Below, one piece after another: positions 1-12,803 of a stretch of DNA of 64,000 bases. Source of the stretch: Macrostomum lignano (Eukaryota). The translations under genes were made by a program, and so were the position numbers. The notes under the pieces were generated by a model. It had not been told where the DNA came from. It saw nothing but the letters and a program-made list of their open reading frames with translations, and searched no databases. How positions within the stretch are numbered: position 1 is the stretch's first letter; every line of letters begins with the position of its first letter. Location of the stretch: assembly GCA_002269645.1 (NCBI GenBank), contig NIVC01000486.1:62001-126000 (forward strand), given 5' to 3'.

Positions 1-721
1 GCAGCTCTCGATACGAAACTCCACCCGTCAATCAACAGAAAGTCCTCAACAGCAGCAAGCATCTGTGACCGTAAAGAGTCACCGTCCTCCGCGATGTCGA
101 TCACATGAAGCGCGCTCGGCTCCGACTCTGTTACCTCCTCCGAGCTGGTGTCGCTGAGCTCTCTCAGAATCGAGTTCGCTCTCGGGTGGCTCTGGATGAA
201 GCGCAACTCGTCTCTAAACTGCTGGAACATTGCCGTCTTGTCCTGATCGGCCATCCTGAGCTTCTGCATGACGAACATGGGTGCAGCGTAGCCGCAGAAG
301 ACCACTGCGTGCGAGTAGGTCGACTGGTCCTTCGTGAGCGGCTTCTCCAGCTGCAGCAGGTACGCCGTTACTCGCTTCTTGTAGCCGGGACTGTCGAACT
401 CGAGACACAACTCAGTCGATGCGGTGCTCACCTTGCTGCATCCAGGAAACAGCATCTGTGGACACACACAGGATACCGGCTGGTTCTGGCTGCTCACGGC
501 GCGCTCGTCCAGCAGCAGGAAGTACTTGGGAACGACTAGGATATTGCTGGGGTTGACATCGGTGAGTCCGAAGTTTGTGAGCACTTGTTCTCGGATGAGG
601 CCTTGAGCATCGAGCAGTGACGAGAAAATCTGGCGTCGCATGTTGGGCAGCACGTAGCTGAGGAACCCGGCGGCCAGTTGCCATGCGAAGCTCTCGCCTG
701 GGCTGCTAAAGCCGCTGTTTT
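1..721 (-). CDS. Exon encoding a STING-like ligand-binding domain (runs off the window start)
   Basis: Acceptor ttcag at 722-723. Translation GESFAWQLAAGFLSYVLP...PGYKKRV...CGYAAP...QQFRDELRFI resembles the STING CTD (GLAWSYYIGYLRLILP...RVYSN...LEYATP...KLFCRTLEDIL). Near-identical to 33941-34649. Confidence 0.7.
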
Positions 722-1641
722 CTGAAAGGATTTGCAAATGGTGCGGAGAGAAGCTAATGCTATATCTTTTAAGTTTTATCTATGAAGTGATGCAGTAAGC
801 TTTTCTGGCTATGCAGATCAGCGGCGAAGTAATTGTCCATTTGAGTTGGAATTATAGTGGTGATAAATTCTTCTTTTAATGACCACCTGGGTTCCAAAAG
901 GTACGCAGAATGAATGCACAATCTCGTAAGAAACAAAGTCAATATTGTTTCAAAATTACATACTTACCTAGTTCTGTATTGTTTAAGTCTTCCAAGAGTT
1001 TTTCAACTCTTTTATTATTTAAATCGTGCAGTTTCAGCACCTTCACCATTCGAGTTGGAAGCAGCTGCGACAGGTACAGGTGACTGTCTGTTTTGCTTCT
1101 GTAGTTCTTGATTAGGTGGGCCATGCGCTTTCGTAGCCCATGACACTGTAATGTTTGCATGGTATTGACAGCAATAAGTATCCAGCCTTGACCTTGGGCT
1201 TACTACATTTGCCCTGTGCTCCAATTGCAAGTGGAGGCAAATGATTACTACAGAGTTCAACTGCAACTGAGTTTGCAAATTTGCATTAAACCGTTTGAAT
1301 TTTTGATTGTAGCCTAAAAGTCTACATTCTTCCTACATAAATCTGTGTAGGAAGAAATTGCAAAATAATAACTTTTTTACTTAATATGCATGTAACAATT
1401 TTGCCATACCAATTTATCAACAATTTTCTTAATCGCAAACTCAATCTTTCTTAATTTCCTAGCCCAAATAACTACATTTACTTGTAACTTTGCATCAATT
1501 AATCCTTTTTAAATTTTTGGTAACTATAGCGAAGTAACGAGAGGATTCAGAAAAAGGTAACAATCGTTACCTTTTTGGTTATTTGTAACGCCCAACACTG
1601 CATGCCATCAATAAGTTCCACTCTACCTTGAAAAGCTCCAT

Positions 1642-2246
1642 ACCAAGACGCTTTACACCACCAAGACGCTCTACACCACCAAGACGCTCTACACCACCAA
1701 GACGCTTTACACCACCAAGACGCTCTACACCACCAAGACGCTTTACACCACCAAGACGCTCTACACCACCAAGACGCTTTACACCACCAAGACGCTCTAC
1801 ACCACCAAGACGCTTTACACCACCAAGACGCTCTACACCACCAAGACGCTTTACACCACCAAGACGCTCTACACCACCAAGACGCTTTACACCACCAAGA
1901 CGCTCTACACCACCAAGACGCTTTACACCACCAAGACGCTTTACACCACCAAGACGCTCTACACCACCAAGACGCTTTACACCACCAAGACGCTCTACAC
2001 CACCAAGACGCTCTACACCACCAAGACGCTCTACACCACCAAGACGCTTTACACCACCAAGACGCTCTACACCACCAAGACGCTTTACACCACCAAGACG
2101 CTTTACACCACCAAGACGCTCTACACCACCAAGACGCTTTACACCACCAAGACGCTCTACACCACCAAGACGCTTTACACTACCAATTAAGACGCTTTAC
2201 ACTACCAATTAAGACGCTTTACACTACCAATTAAGACGCTTTACAC
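1642..2246. repeat. 18-bp minisatellite (CACCAAGACGCTYTACAC) grading into a 22-bp variant; resumes at 4465-4600 after the LTR
   Basis: Tandem units visible directly; the PPRRST/PPRRFT ORF is a by-product. Confidence 0.95.
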
Positions 2247-4464
2247 TGATGTAACCACGCTCTGGTCGTGGGATAGGGCATGGGAACTTTTTCGAAAGTG
2301 CCTCCTATCCCGTGTACCCTCTGCACAGAGCTGTCGAGACTCGGCCAGGTCTCCGCCCAGGCCTGGAGACTCCCGCTCTGCTGCCCCCCCTCCTACTGCC
2401 TTGGTCCCGTCTCCCCTGCCGCCACACCTGCCTTTCCGGAGCCCCCTACCCCTTTCTGTACCTCCCCCTCTACCCTACCTCTTCTGTTTTCCGCCCTATT
2501 CTTCCTGTACTTCCCCTATCCCCCCTCTTTTTGTCTCCCTCTGCACTCTTTTCCTGCGCTGCCCCCCCTCTTTCTCTGTGTCTACTTACAGTATGTTGTG
2601 TGCTCACCGTCTCCCCATCCCCTCTCAAACTCCCAAACGGTGACGCAAGCCGTGTGACCCCCCTTCCCCTCGGTGACTCATCGATGACTCATCCCCCTCT
2701 CTTGCGCAACCTTTTCTCACGCCATTGTTCTCCTCCCCAAATTTCTCATGCGACACCCACCCCACCTCCGCTTCTATTGTTCTCGTTTTTGCTTCTTTTG
2801 TTCTCTCCACCCCCACCAATTATCACATTTTCTCCGATTTTCTCTTTCTTTTGTTCTCGTTTTCGCACCTAATTATCACCTTTTCCCCAATGTTTACTTT
2901 TCTATTGTTCTCAGTTCTCCCCAATTATCCCCGTTTTCCAATTCCTTTGTTCTCGACCCCAGCCCTATTGTTCTCAATGTTTGCTTGCGCAATACTTTCG
3001 CGATTACCCGCTGCGCCAATTATCCCCCACCCCACCTCCGGATTGCGCAATTTCCCGATTTCTCATGTTGCTATGCCGGTCTCATGCTTCTCATCATGAC
3101 TCATTCTGACGTCATTCTGCCGGCAGCCAATCAGAGAGAGGGAGCCATGGTAACGACCTTGAGGAGGCGGCTGTGAGGTCTATAAAAGGAAGCGATTTCG
3201 GCATGAGAATCCTCTACTTCTGCCCACCTTCGGGCTCCTAGTCTTTCTTTAGACTTGCCGTCAGACTGAGTTCTGACCCATTCGTCTATTAGACGAATCC
3301 CTGCCGGTCCGCGGTCTGTTACCGTCAAGTTATCCTTAGCTCCCCAAGCGAGCTCGCCTATCGGCCAGCGGTCTGATACCGCCCAGCATCATCAGCATCG
3401 CCTGATTTGCATCAGCGCCTCGTCGCCTCAGCGCATCGCCGCTTCACCATCTGCCTGACTGCAGCCTACAGCCGCCCTCGGTCACTCCGCCTCTCTCTCT
3501 CTCTGTGCAGCTGCCGGTAAGTTCCTGTTACTAATTTGTGCTCTAATTGCCTTTGCTTATCCGGGGTTTGCCTATTTTCCATTGTCTGATTAGAGAGCTG
3601 AGCCCATTGTGATACCGTATCTTTTGCTGTATTTTACTCAATAGTGAAGCCGCCTAATTGCCTGATTATTCGCCTAAGGGCCTAATTATTAACTACTAAC
3701 TAACTTCATCATTATTCCATCTTTCACCATCATTTAACTCATGGCGTGCTAAGCCTTTCTCCTGGGGTGGCAAAGCATAAGGGAGTTTGGGTAAGCTAAT
3801 GGCCTCTCCCCGTGCAAAGCCCGCCTGTGAGTGCGTGCTGCGGGGCCGCGTGTGCGTGCAGTAGAGGGATTAGCGAGTCTTGGCACAGAATGGCAGTAGG
3901 AAGGTTGCAACCCCATGCTGACGCGTCCCTTCGCCCTGAGCAATCTAAACTAGAGACAGTACATGTTCGCCTCATACTACTCTTAGTAATCAAAGTCGCA
4001 AGTTAGCCTCGCTCACAGCCACAAAGGATCCCCTGCTGAGAAATCCTCCAGGATTGAGCCCAGAGTTCCCGATCATGCCCCAAGCAGAGTCCCTGTACTC
4101 GGCTGCATGCGTCTCCCCTGTTAGCCTAAATCCCCTGGTAACCAATCCAGGCGGGGCTCTAGCCTCGAGAGGTCTGGTAGAAAGATCCAGGTGCGCCAGG
4201 TCACATAGAGTGGTGGCAGCCACTCGGTCATACCATGACCGAGTGACCAACTATTGCACCTTGGCTACAGGTGGGGTCCATGTGGGTCCTTGGCCCTCTG
4301 GTCACGAAGCGCTACCAAAAGCTACTAATCATGTGGGCGGGACAGTCTGGTGCTGGAGGTCCGTCAGGTCGTTGCCCGGTCATAGGCAGCCTACGGTCAT
4401 TGCCCCCTCTAGTCATGCGTTCGTCTCTCTACGGAGCGGACAGGCGACAAGGGCGGTTACATCA
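2247..4464 (+). mobile_element. Solo LTR (2218 bp), Ty3/gypsy-like, inserted in the minisatellite
   Basis: Ends TGATGTAACC...GGTTACATCA (10-bp inverted). 4-bp TSD ACAC (2243-2246/4465-4468). CCAAT near 3127, TATAAAA at 3181. No retroviral ORF recognised. Confidence 0.8.
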
Positions 4465-4730
4465 ACACTGCCAATTAAGACGCTTTACACTACCAATTAA
4501 GACGCTTTACACTACCAAGACGGTCTACACTAAAAAGACGCTTTACATATGTATTACCAAGACGCTTTTCACTACAAAACGCTTTACACTATCAAGACCC
4601 CTACACTACAAATAAGATTCGCAATACCAATAAGATAATGATGGTTCGCTCTTATCAATAGTGTCCCCTTAATTGTTTTAAATAATTGCTTCGAGCAGAA
4701 AAAAACTAATAAGTCCTCGCGCGAGTGTCT

Positions 4731-5040
4731 CTAAATCTTGGTGAGATTCAGAAAATGATCAGCAACAACGTATAAGAACTTGTCAATCCTTACCCTCTCC
4801 ACTGTTTGTCTAAGAAGTTTGGTCAGAAGTGTTGCAGATTCCGGTTGAAATGCAGTAAAAGAGTTAAATACTAGTAGAACTTGATGACTTTCATCAATGC
4901 TGCTGTACACGGAATTCCCAGAGTTGCAAGGATGTTCTACCAGATTCAAACAGCCTCTCAGGAGATCAACGACATTGTCATAGAGTCGGTCCTCCCCGTC
5001 ACTGGAACCAACCACGATGATGGTGACGGTTCTGTTTCTG
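4731..5040 (-). CDS. Probable exon with a TIR-like fold, upstream part of the STING-like gene that ends at the window start
   Basis: Pattern LYDNVVDLLRG...SSIDESHQVLLVFNS resembles the TIR-like exons of the paralogs at 34943-35302 and 43114-44684. Boundaries approximate. Confidence 0.35.
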
Positions 5041-7265
5041 TCTGAAAAGATTTAGTCGCACTCTTACTGCATCAGAATTCGGTTGTACTAGTATTGAGAG
5101 TTATATCAGAAACTGTGCACCGTCTATATACTGTAGTAATTTAACAAACATGCGATAGAGTCACGTACCTTGATTGAAGAATTGATGGCTGCACATCTAT
5201 ACTCGATCAACATGAGATTTTATAGAATTCAATTTTTTATGCACTGAAACAGCTTCAACAGGTAAGAAAGCAAAAAGTCTTCAGTAAGTTTAAGGTTACC
5301 GTCAAGATCCGAACTTCCACTGAAGCATCTCTGCGTCAAACGGTGGTACAGCTAATAGATAAAAATAGTCAGACAGAAAAACCAAGGCAATACCGCGGAC
5401 TTGCTGTGGACGTTCCGTATGAACCCCGTCTTCGTGTCTATTATCTGCGATACAATCTAGTTTATTTTCAAGCAAATAAACTGTTACATATGACAGATTA
5501 AGAGAGCATTGAAACAACCTCACAGATAGCGCTTTATAAAAAGTGTCTACCTCTGAGTCTCTTATGTTGGCCATTTAACTATAGCCTCTATTGTAACTAC
5601 TGAACCACAACGCTAAGGCTATTTCTGAAGTCTTTTTGCAGATGCAACCAGGAGGGCCAACAGACAGTCTCCTAAATGTCCAGATCGTCTTACTAAAATT
5701 AGTTTGACGATACTACAGAGGCGTTAAAATGTTTTAATAGCGCTAGTAAAAAAATAGAAAATTCTTGTTGTTCTTCCTTCTTCTGATTACACGGAAACCT
5801 GTCGACACACCACCAGGCAGGCGCGCGGATCCAGCCCATGTTATCAGCGGCCTCCGAAAAAACCGCGACGACCGAAAGCCAACCTCAGATGACGCAGAAG
5901 AAGGGTTCGAGTGGAGGTTTCCTGGCCGAGCGGCAGAGGCGCAAAAAAGACGCGAGGCGTCGAACTTGGTAGGCGAAACTCCTCGACGTCGGCACTCCTA
6001 AGGAGAGCAGAAATAAATGTCGCAACCAATTCGTAAGCATCCTGAAGTTGTCCATGCCGCCACTGCAAAGAAAACTAAAAGACAAGGCGGTAGGACCGTC
6101 CGAGACGAGGTCCCAGTGGAGGCCCTGCGGCTTTCACAAGCGTGATGAACCGTGAACCGCGCGTACTTGATGGCGCCCACCACATGGAACACAGCACACA
6201 TTGTGCCGACCCCGAAGAAGGCCGGTACAACACAAAAAGAAAGCCAACCCTGAGATCTTGCTGAGGTACATGTACCTGGTACTGCGTATCTCCAATACGA
6301 GCATATCGGGTTACCGTTTGATCGAAATCCTCCCACTTTTCGTTCCCACGAACTTCCAGAAAGCTGAGGCCGAGCTACGATTTTAATTGCTTGAGTCCAT
6401 CAGGTTTAACGGCAGATGATCGTCGCTATCATTTCATTGTGTCGCGGTGAAACTCTGCGACACAGTGGCGCTGGAGAAACGGATGGCGACAATGTGACTC
6501 TGCCTCACTAAATCCGTATAAGAGATTTCAGTTTTGCTTTAATGCCTCAATTCTTACCAGCACATTTAGCGGTAACTCTTTTCTTGAACGTGATTTTACT
6601 ACCCGCGGTTATTTACGGATTTACAGAGAGCTGATAAATTACGCGATTCGTACGTTTTCTTTCTGTTATTTTTATACATCCTGTTCTTAAACAGCAGCTG
6701 TCCACTGCGATCGAATGACATGGCATAGCAAAAAAACAATCTAGCTCGTAATGACTGAAAAAATATCAAGCACCTGCAACAAATGGGTTCATTTCACAAT
6801 CGTAAATCACTAAGAATTTCATAGAAAACTCGATTGTATTCAGTATACATAAACTAAACAGCAACGATCGCAGACAGACAGGAATAAGCGCCAGCCCCCA
6901 CAGAAGAAAGTTAGCGTAAAAAGCCTGAACGTTATTGACTTCTTCCTGCAGAATCTGTGTAGACTAACAACGAGCTAAATACAATAATTTGGCAGTCTGG
7001 CTACATGTATAACTGTATCATGCATCAAGGAAATGTAATCAATGAAAGTAGCGACGGGTATGCAATTGTCAGGTCGTATAGAACGTCTTGATAATATTTC
7101 GAATAAAAATTATTTCTAAAATATGTAGTGACTGGCTGCTAACTGGCTATTCAGCAGCACTCACTAGCTTTCCCTAAGAGTGCTGTGATCCGCTGCACAG
7201 TAGCTCGGTCCACCTGATCTAGTGAGAGAGTTACCCTGTGCTGGGCCTAAGTGTTTACTGCCCGA

Positions 7266-7626
7266 TGACTCATCGCCTGAGCGGGCGCGGCAGCCACACA
7301 AAATGTCTTCCCCTCCCGCGCTGAGGAGGCGAAGCAGGATGACTCATCACCTGCGCGGAGTGTAATGGCTACCTGGAGGGAGTAAACAGGATGACTCATC
7401 TGCCCAAGTTCTATTTTTAGCACAGAATAAGCACGTGACTGTGCACGCACGCTGTGCGTGGCCACTGACCTTGAGTCACGCCACTGCTGCGTGACAGGGT
7501 TGCCTTATTTGGAAGTTGGCCTTGGATCACGCGTCGCTCGCATGATTCTGAGGACCAAATAAGGAAGTTTCACGCGCTCACCGCATGAAACTCACGTGAC
7601 TTTTAGGGGTCCGCTCGGCTATAAAT
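7266..7626 (+). promoter_or_regulatory. LTR U3 enhancer/promoter with four AP-1-type TGACTCA sites, two CArG-like boxes and a TATA box
   Basis: TGACTCA at 7266, 7340, 7392; TGAGTCA at 7472; CCTTATTTGG near 7504; CCAAATAAGG near 7555; TATAAAT at 7620. Motif match only. Confidence 0.5.
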
Positions 7627-8001
7627 ACGGAGCATCTGAGAGCCGTTTTTCTCCAGATCGTGAGCCGCGTTCGAGAGCTTCCTCGACTGGAGCTGCCTCT
7701 GCCTCCGAGCTCTCCTCTCTCATTTCAGGTTCTTCAGGTTTTCAGATTCGAGCAGCATTCTACTAAGACGATCGACTGTTGAGACATTTTCAGATTTGCC
7801 TTTGCTCCGAGTGACTTTGTTATTTTATTTCAGGTGACGGATAGACAACTCTGCGGACTCGTCGAGTCCGCACACCAAGGTGGCAGCAACCCTACCAAGT
7901 CAAGGCTAACGTTTTAGGTTCATTTTCAGGCAAATCGATAGGTAGTACAACGGTGCTATCTAGCTACTTCAGGAGCAGCGGGTTCTATTTCTAGGAACAT
8001 C

Positions 8002-8327
8002 AGTAGTAGGCAAAACAACTCTTCTAGACCCAGAGCACTTTTTTAACAGCCGTTTTAAGGGTCTAGAGGGGGGACACGAGGGGAAATTAAAAAAACACAT
8101 CTAAACACCCACCAACACAAAAACACATCTAAAAACCCCCTAATAACAAAAATCAATAAAAATCATTCCCAACACTTAGTATTAATCCCCTCGCGTCCCC
8201 CCTCTTAAGACCTTACAAACGGCCATTAAAATAAGGTCTGATCTAGAAGAGTTGTTTTCATTACTACTACTCTATAACCCCTCGCACGCGCCGCAGGCGC
8301 GAAGGGTCTTTTTCTGTTACTAAAAAT
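8002..8327 (+). repeat. Left TIR (326 bp)
   Basis: Reverse complement of 32498-32823; no mismatch seen by eye. Confidence 0.97.
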
Positions 8328-8337
8328 AGAACAAAAA

Positions 8338-8736
8338 ATGACACATGTTACTAATATGCAAAATCTGAATGAATTACAGGTAGGAGACCCAGTTGAATAT
8401 CGAGGTGAGGGACTTTTTGATGTGGTTGGAACAGCAGCAAATTTTGTTAAAGACAATATGGGTCTTATAGGGCAAGCAGGCTCCGCAGCAGGTTCCATAA
8501 CAAATGCTGTAAAAGGAGGAATTGAAGCAGCTAGAGCAGCAGAAGAACTAAAGAAATTGAGAGAATTTAACGACACCCTCTCACAAATAAATGCAATAAA
8601 AGATTTAAAGCTGGCACAAGCCGCACAACCAACAGAAACCCCCGCGAAAAGCACGCCAATAAGTAATAAAGATATTCAGGATTTTAATAAAATGCTAACC
8701 ACCATTAAAGGCGGAAAAGGATTAAAAAAATTTTAA
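8338..8736 (+). CDS. Small Gly/Ala-rich Polinton protein, probable virion core precursor
   Basis: 132-aa ORF with AAAAATG context and RGEGLF, VKGG, IKGGKG motifs resembling adenain cleavage sites. Confidence 0.6.
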   Translation: MTHVTNMQNLNELQVGDPVEYRGEGLFDVVGTAANFVKDNMGLIGQAGSAAGSITNAVKGGIEAARAAEELKKLREFNDTLSQINAIKDLKLAQAAQPTETPAKSTPISNKDIQDFNKMLTTIKGGKGLKKF

Positions 8737-8746
8737 CAATATAAAA

Positions 8747-9721
8747 ATGGACACGGATAATGAACGGCTATATTTTATAAGAGAAATTGTAGATACTTTA
8801 GATCTAGATGATAATAAACATAGCCACGCAATGTTAAAAAGATTGGATCGTTTAGGTAAAAAACTTGACTACGACATCGAGACGTTTAAACTTGCTGCCA
8901 AATATGCACAAGAAGGAAGGCCAATATCCTTTAAGAATCGCGGTAGAAATTATAGGCTGACAGACTCCGATGTAAAATTTTTATTGGAGACTCACACTAA
9001 AAAGGACGGCGGATTGTTACATATTTTACCAATTCTTTTAGGCCTCGGAGCAGCCGGAGCAGCCGGTTTAGCAGGCAAAAGAATTCATGATAACCGAAAA
9101 CAGTTAGCAGAATTAAAGGCAAAACAGGGAGGCATATTACCACTTGCAACTTTGTTACCAATAATTTTTGCAGGAATAGGAGCAGCTGGAGGAGTTGCTG
9201 GCGGAGCAGCTGGAATTGCAAAAGCAGTAAATGACAAAAAAGCTGCGGATGAAAAAGCCAAAAGAGAGGCCGAATTTCAAAGAAAGCAAATAACGCAGGA
9301 TGCTCAATTTAAACAGAAACTTATTGACACCATTAATAGTAGTTCAGCAACAGCTGAGCAAAAAAGAAATGCAGAAGCTAGGTTAGCGGCCGGAAAAGGT
9401 TTGCTGTTAAATGGCAGCGGTTTGGTACTAAAAGGAACAACCCAAGGAAGTGGAGTTGTAGCAGATAAACTACAAGAATTTGGTCAAACTTTAGAAAAAA
9501 CGGGTGAGAAAGCTAAAGGATTTTTTGATAATATTGGAGCTAATTTTAGGCCGGCAGTTCAGAAGATTTTTACTAAGTTAGGAAAAGATTTTAACATAAT
9601 TGAAAAACACGACGGAAGCGGATTATATCTCGAAATGAGACCAAAAGCAGGATCAGGAATTTTCTTAAATTCAAACGTTATGGGCAATGGATTGCTATTA
9701 CCAAAAGCAGATCTCGAATAG
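8747..9721 (+). CDS. Adenovirus protein X (mu)-like core precursor with two pX-type hydrophobic segments
   Basis: GGLLHILPILLGLGAAG and GGILPLATLLPIIFAGIGAAGG resemble adenoviral pX GGILPLLIPLIAAAIGA. Repeated G[SKN]G[LIV] motifs in the C-terminal half. Confidence 0.7.
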   Translation: MDTDNERLYFIREIVDTLDLDDNKHSHAMLKRLDRLGKKLDYDIETFKLAAKYAQEGRPISFKNRGRNYRLTDSDVKFLLETHTKKDGGLLHILPILLGLGAAGAAGLAGKRIHDNRKQLAELKAKQGGILPLATLLPIIFAGIGAAGGVAGGAAGIAKAVNDKKAADEKAKREAEFQRKQITQDAQFKQKLIDTINSSSATAEQKRNAEARLAAGKGLLLNGSGLVLKGTTQGSGVVADKLQEFGQTLEKTGEKAKGFFDNIGANFRPAVQKIFTKLGKDFNIIEKHDGSGLYLEMRPKAGSGIFLNSNVMGNGLLLPKADLE

Positions 9722-10665
9722 GCTCCTGGGGGGTGGGTCTGGACACCAAAAACGCAAATTAAAAAATCAATAATTCAAATACTATATAAATTATATTCTA
9801 TAAAATGGAAGCAATTTTAGCTCAAATCGACAAACCTAATATAAGAGCTGAAATGGAAGCACAAATTAGAGCAGAAATAGAAGAACAAATTAGAGCAGAA
9901 ATAGAAGCAGAAATTAGAGCAAAATATGAAAAACGTTTAGAAAAGCAATTAGATGATATTGACAACCCTAAACCACAAAGACAAAATGGGGCAGAAGTAA
10001 TAGATATAGATATTGATATAAATACAAATTATAAAGAATATTTTAAACAAATGAAAGATAAATTAAAGACCATATTAGATAACTATACTATAAGACCAAA
10101 TAACAAACGACAGCCAATTAAGTATAAAATAGAAGTTGAAACAGAATTTAAAAAACCAAATATACTTAATGCAAATTCAGAAATTGAAGTAATAAATAAC
10201 TTTTCACAAGAATCATATAAAACATTATTATCAATGGGAAATTACAACAATCAATTTAATCAAGTAGAAGCTGAGTTTGATGAATGGATAGATAAGATGA
10301 CAGAAAACGGATCTGGGTTTATATTTGTTTCATGTAATTCAGCAACAGTAAAGATTGTTCCTATTGAAATTCTTAAAGGGCGATCACATATGAAGCTATA
10401 CTTTAAATCACCAATGATTATAAATCCAGACAATAATGATAATAAATGTTTATTATGGTGTTTATTAATTCATAAATATCATAAACAAGTAGAATCACAT
10501 GTTAATAAAATATATAATTATAGACAATATGAGAATGAAATAATAATGAAAAACATCTCATACCCAGTAGCCATAGATGATATATATAAGATTGAAAAAA
10601 TGAATGGTTTAAATATTAATGTTTTTACAATTGAAGAACCAGAAGAAGAAGTAATTCTAGCCGAT

Positions 10666-10693
10666 CGGACGGAGTCCGCGACCCATCAGGTCG
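10666..10693. other. GC-rich double hairpin in frame inside polB
   Basis: CGGAC-GGA-GTCCG directly followed by CGACC-CATCA-GGTCG; CGAT recurs at a 30-bp offset. Confidence 0.8.
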
Positions 10694-12803
10694 ATAAAGA
10701 ATGGTATAAGAAAAACTGTTATTTAGTAAAACCAGCAACTGATATAACTGCACCAGATCAAATCGATCTTTTGTACATGCAGCGTGAAAATGAAACACAT
10801 TATATATACATAAAAGATATTAGTTCTTTTTTAAAAGAAAATGGAAATAGAAAGCCATTATGCAGAAACTGTTTCACATTTAAATATGATGAAACAGCTC
10901 TTAAAAACCACCAACGATTTTGTTTAGATCATAAATTTACTAATGTTGTAATGCCAGATTATGAAGATGCAACCCTAAAGTTCCAACAACATTATATGGC
11001 AATTAAAAAACCAATAGTAATATATGCTGATTTTGAAGCAACAAATGTTCCCTTAAAAGAATCACAGACGGTATCTGATGGAGAATGCACAAAAAAATTA
11101 GCACAACAGTTTCCGAATAGTTATTGTATATATGTACACTCTGTAGCTGATCATATATTTAAATCAAGGATGATTACTTACCACGGTAAGGACGCAGCAA
11201 AACACATGGCAGAATCATTAGTAAAAGCATTTGAATATATACAAAATCAATATGATAAATTATCAAAAAATATTATTATGACAGATAAGGATAGAGACAA
11301 TTATAAAAATGCAACAAATTGTTTTATGTGCAAAAGATATTTAAGTGGGAAAAATAAGATACGAGAACATTGTCATCTAACGGGAATTTATCGTGGGGCA
11401 GCATGTAGATCATGTAACGCAAAAGAAGGAAAAGGCTGTAAGGAAATACCAGTATTTTTTCATAATGGTTCCGGATATGATTTTCATTTCTTAGTTCGAG
11501 AATTGCTACATTTAGGAAAGGATGAATATGAAGTAAATATATTACCTAAAACATCAGAAAATTACATATCAATAACATATGGTAAGAAATACTCCCACCT
11601 AGTTTTTCTAGACTCCTTGAGATTCTTATCAACATCTTTAGCAAATGTTGTTTCATCATTAGTTCCAAAACCATGGGATTTAGAAATAGTAAAGAAAAAC
11701 TTTCCAATCTTATTGAATCGCTTCAAAAAGGAAAAACTATCCGAGGAAGAACTAATGCTATTAACTCGTAAGGGCATCTACCCATATGAATATGTAACAT
11801 CTAAAGAGGTATTTTCTCATACCGAATTACCCCCAATTGATAAGTTTTATTCAACATTATCACAATCAAATATAAGTGAATCTGATTATGAACACGCGCA
11901 AAAAGTATGGAAATATTTTAATTGTAAAACATTTAAAGATTATCATAATCTATATCTTAAAGCAGATGTTCTCCTATTAGCTGATGCATTTGAAAACTTT
12001 AGGAATCATACATATGAGAACTTCAAAATTGATCCCGCATATTGTTTTAGTGCACCAGGTTTAACATGGGCATGCGGTTTGAAACATACAGATGTTGAGA
12101 TTGATTTACTAACTGATCATGATATGTTGTTAATGATTGAGAGAGGAATTCGCGGCGGATTCTCGGGTGTACTAGGAGATAGATATACTAAAGTAAATAA
12201 TAAATATCTACCAAATTATAATAAAAAAGAAAAGTCATCATATGTATTATATTTAGATGCAAACAATTTATACGGGGGTTGTATGAAACAAAAATTACCA
12301 ATAGCTGATTTCCAATGGGAAAATGACCCCGATTATTACAAAAATATTCCCGAAGGAAGGGGCTGTATCGTAGAAGTGGATTTGCAATATACTCGGGAAG
12401 CAAAAGCAAAAACATATAAATATCCTTTAGCTCCAGAGCATTGTTCAGTTAATGAAAATGATTTATCACAAACACAAAAAGATTATCTTAAAGCAGATAA
12501 TGCAAAACATCTAGCAACAAAAAAATTAATATTAAATTTACATGATAAGAAAAACTATGTAGTGCATTATAAGCTTCTACAATTTTATGAAAAGCAGGGA
12601 TTAAAAGTGTCTAAAGTACATCGAACAATATCGTTTATTGAGGAAGATTGGTTAGCTAAATATATTGATTTTAATTCAAATCAGAGACAGATGTCAAAAA
12701 CAAATTTTGAGAAAGATTATTGGAAATTAATGAATAATGCTTTTTATGGAAAAACGGTTGAAAATATTAGAGATAGAACCCAATTCCATTTAGAAAAGGA
12801 TAT

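Noticed and set aside
105-539. Plus-strand ORFs here and at 34003-34479
   Set aside because: Antisense shadows of the minus-strand STING-like exon.
1628-2212. Long ORFs over tandem repeats (also 39445-39913, 49156-49878, 51277-52125, 53463-55039)
   Set aside because: They are open in several frames only because the repeat units lack stops; most lie in introns.
5765-6400. GC-rich block with several short ORFs, possible retroelement relic
   Set aside because: No recognisable motif or boundaries.
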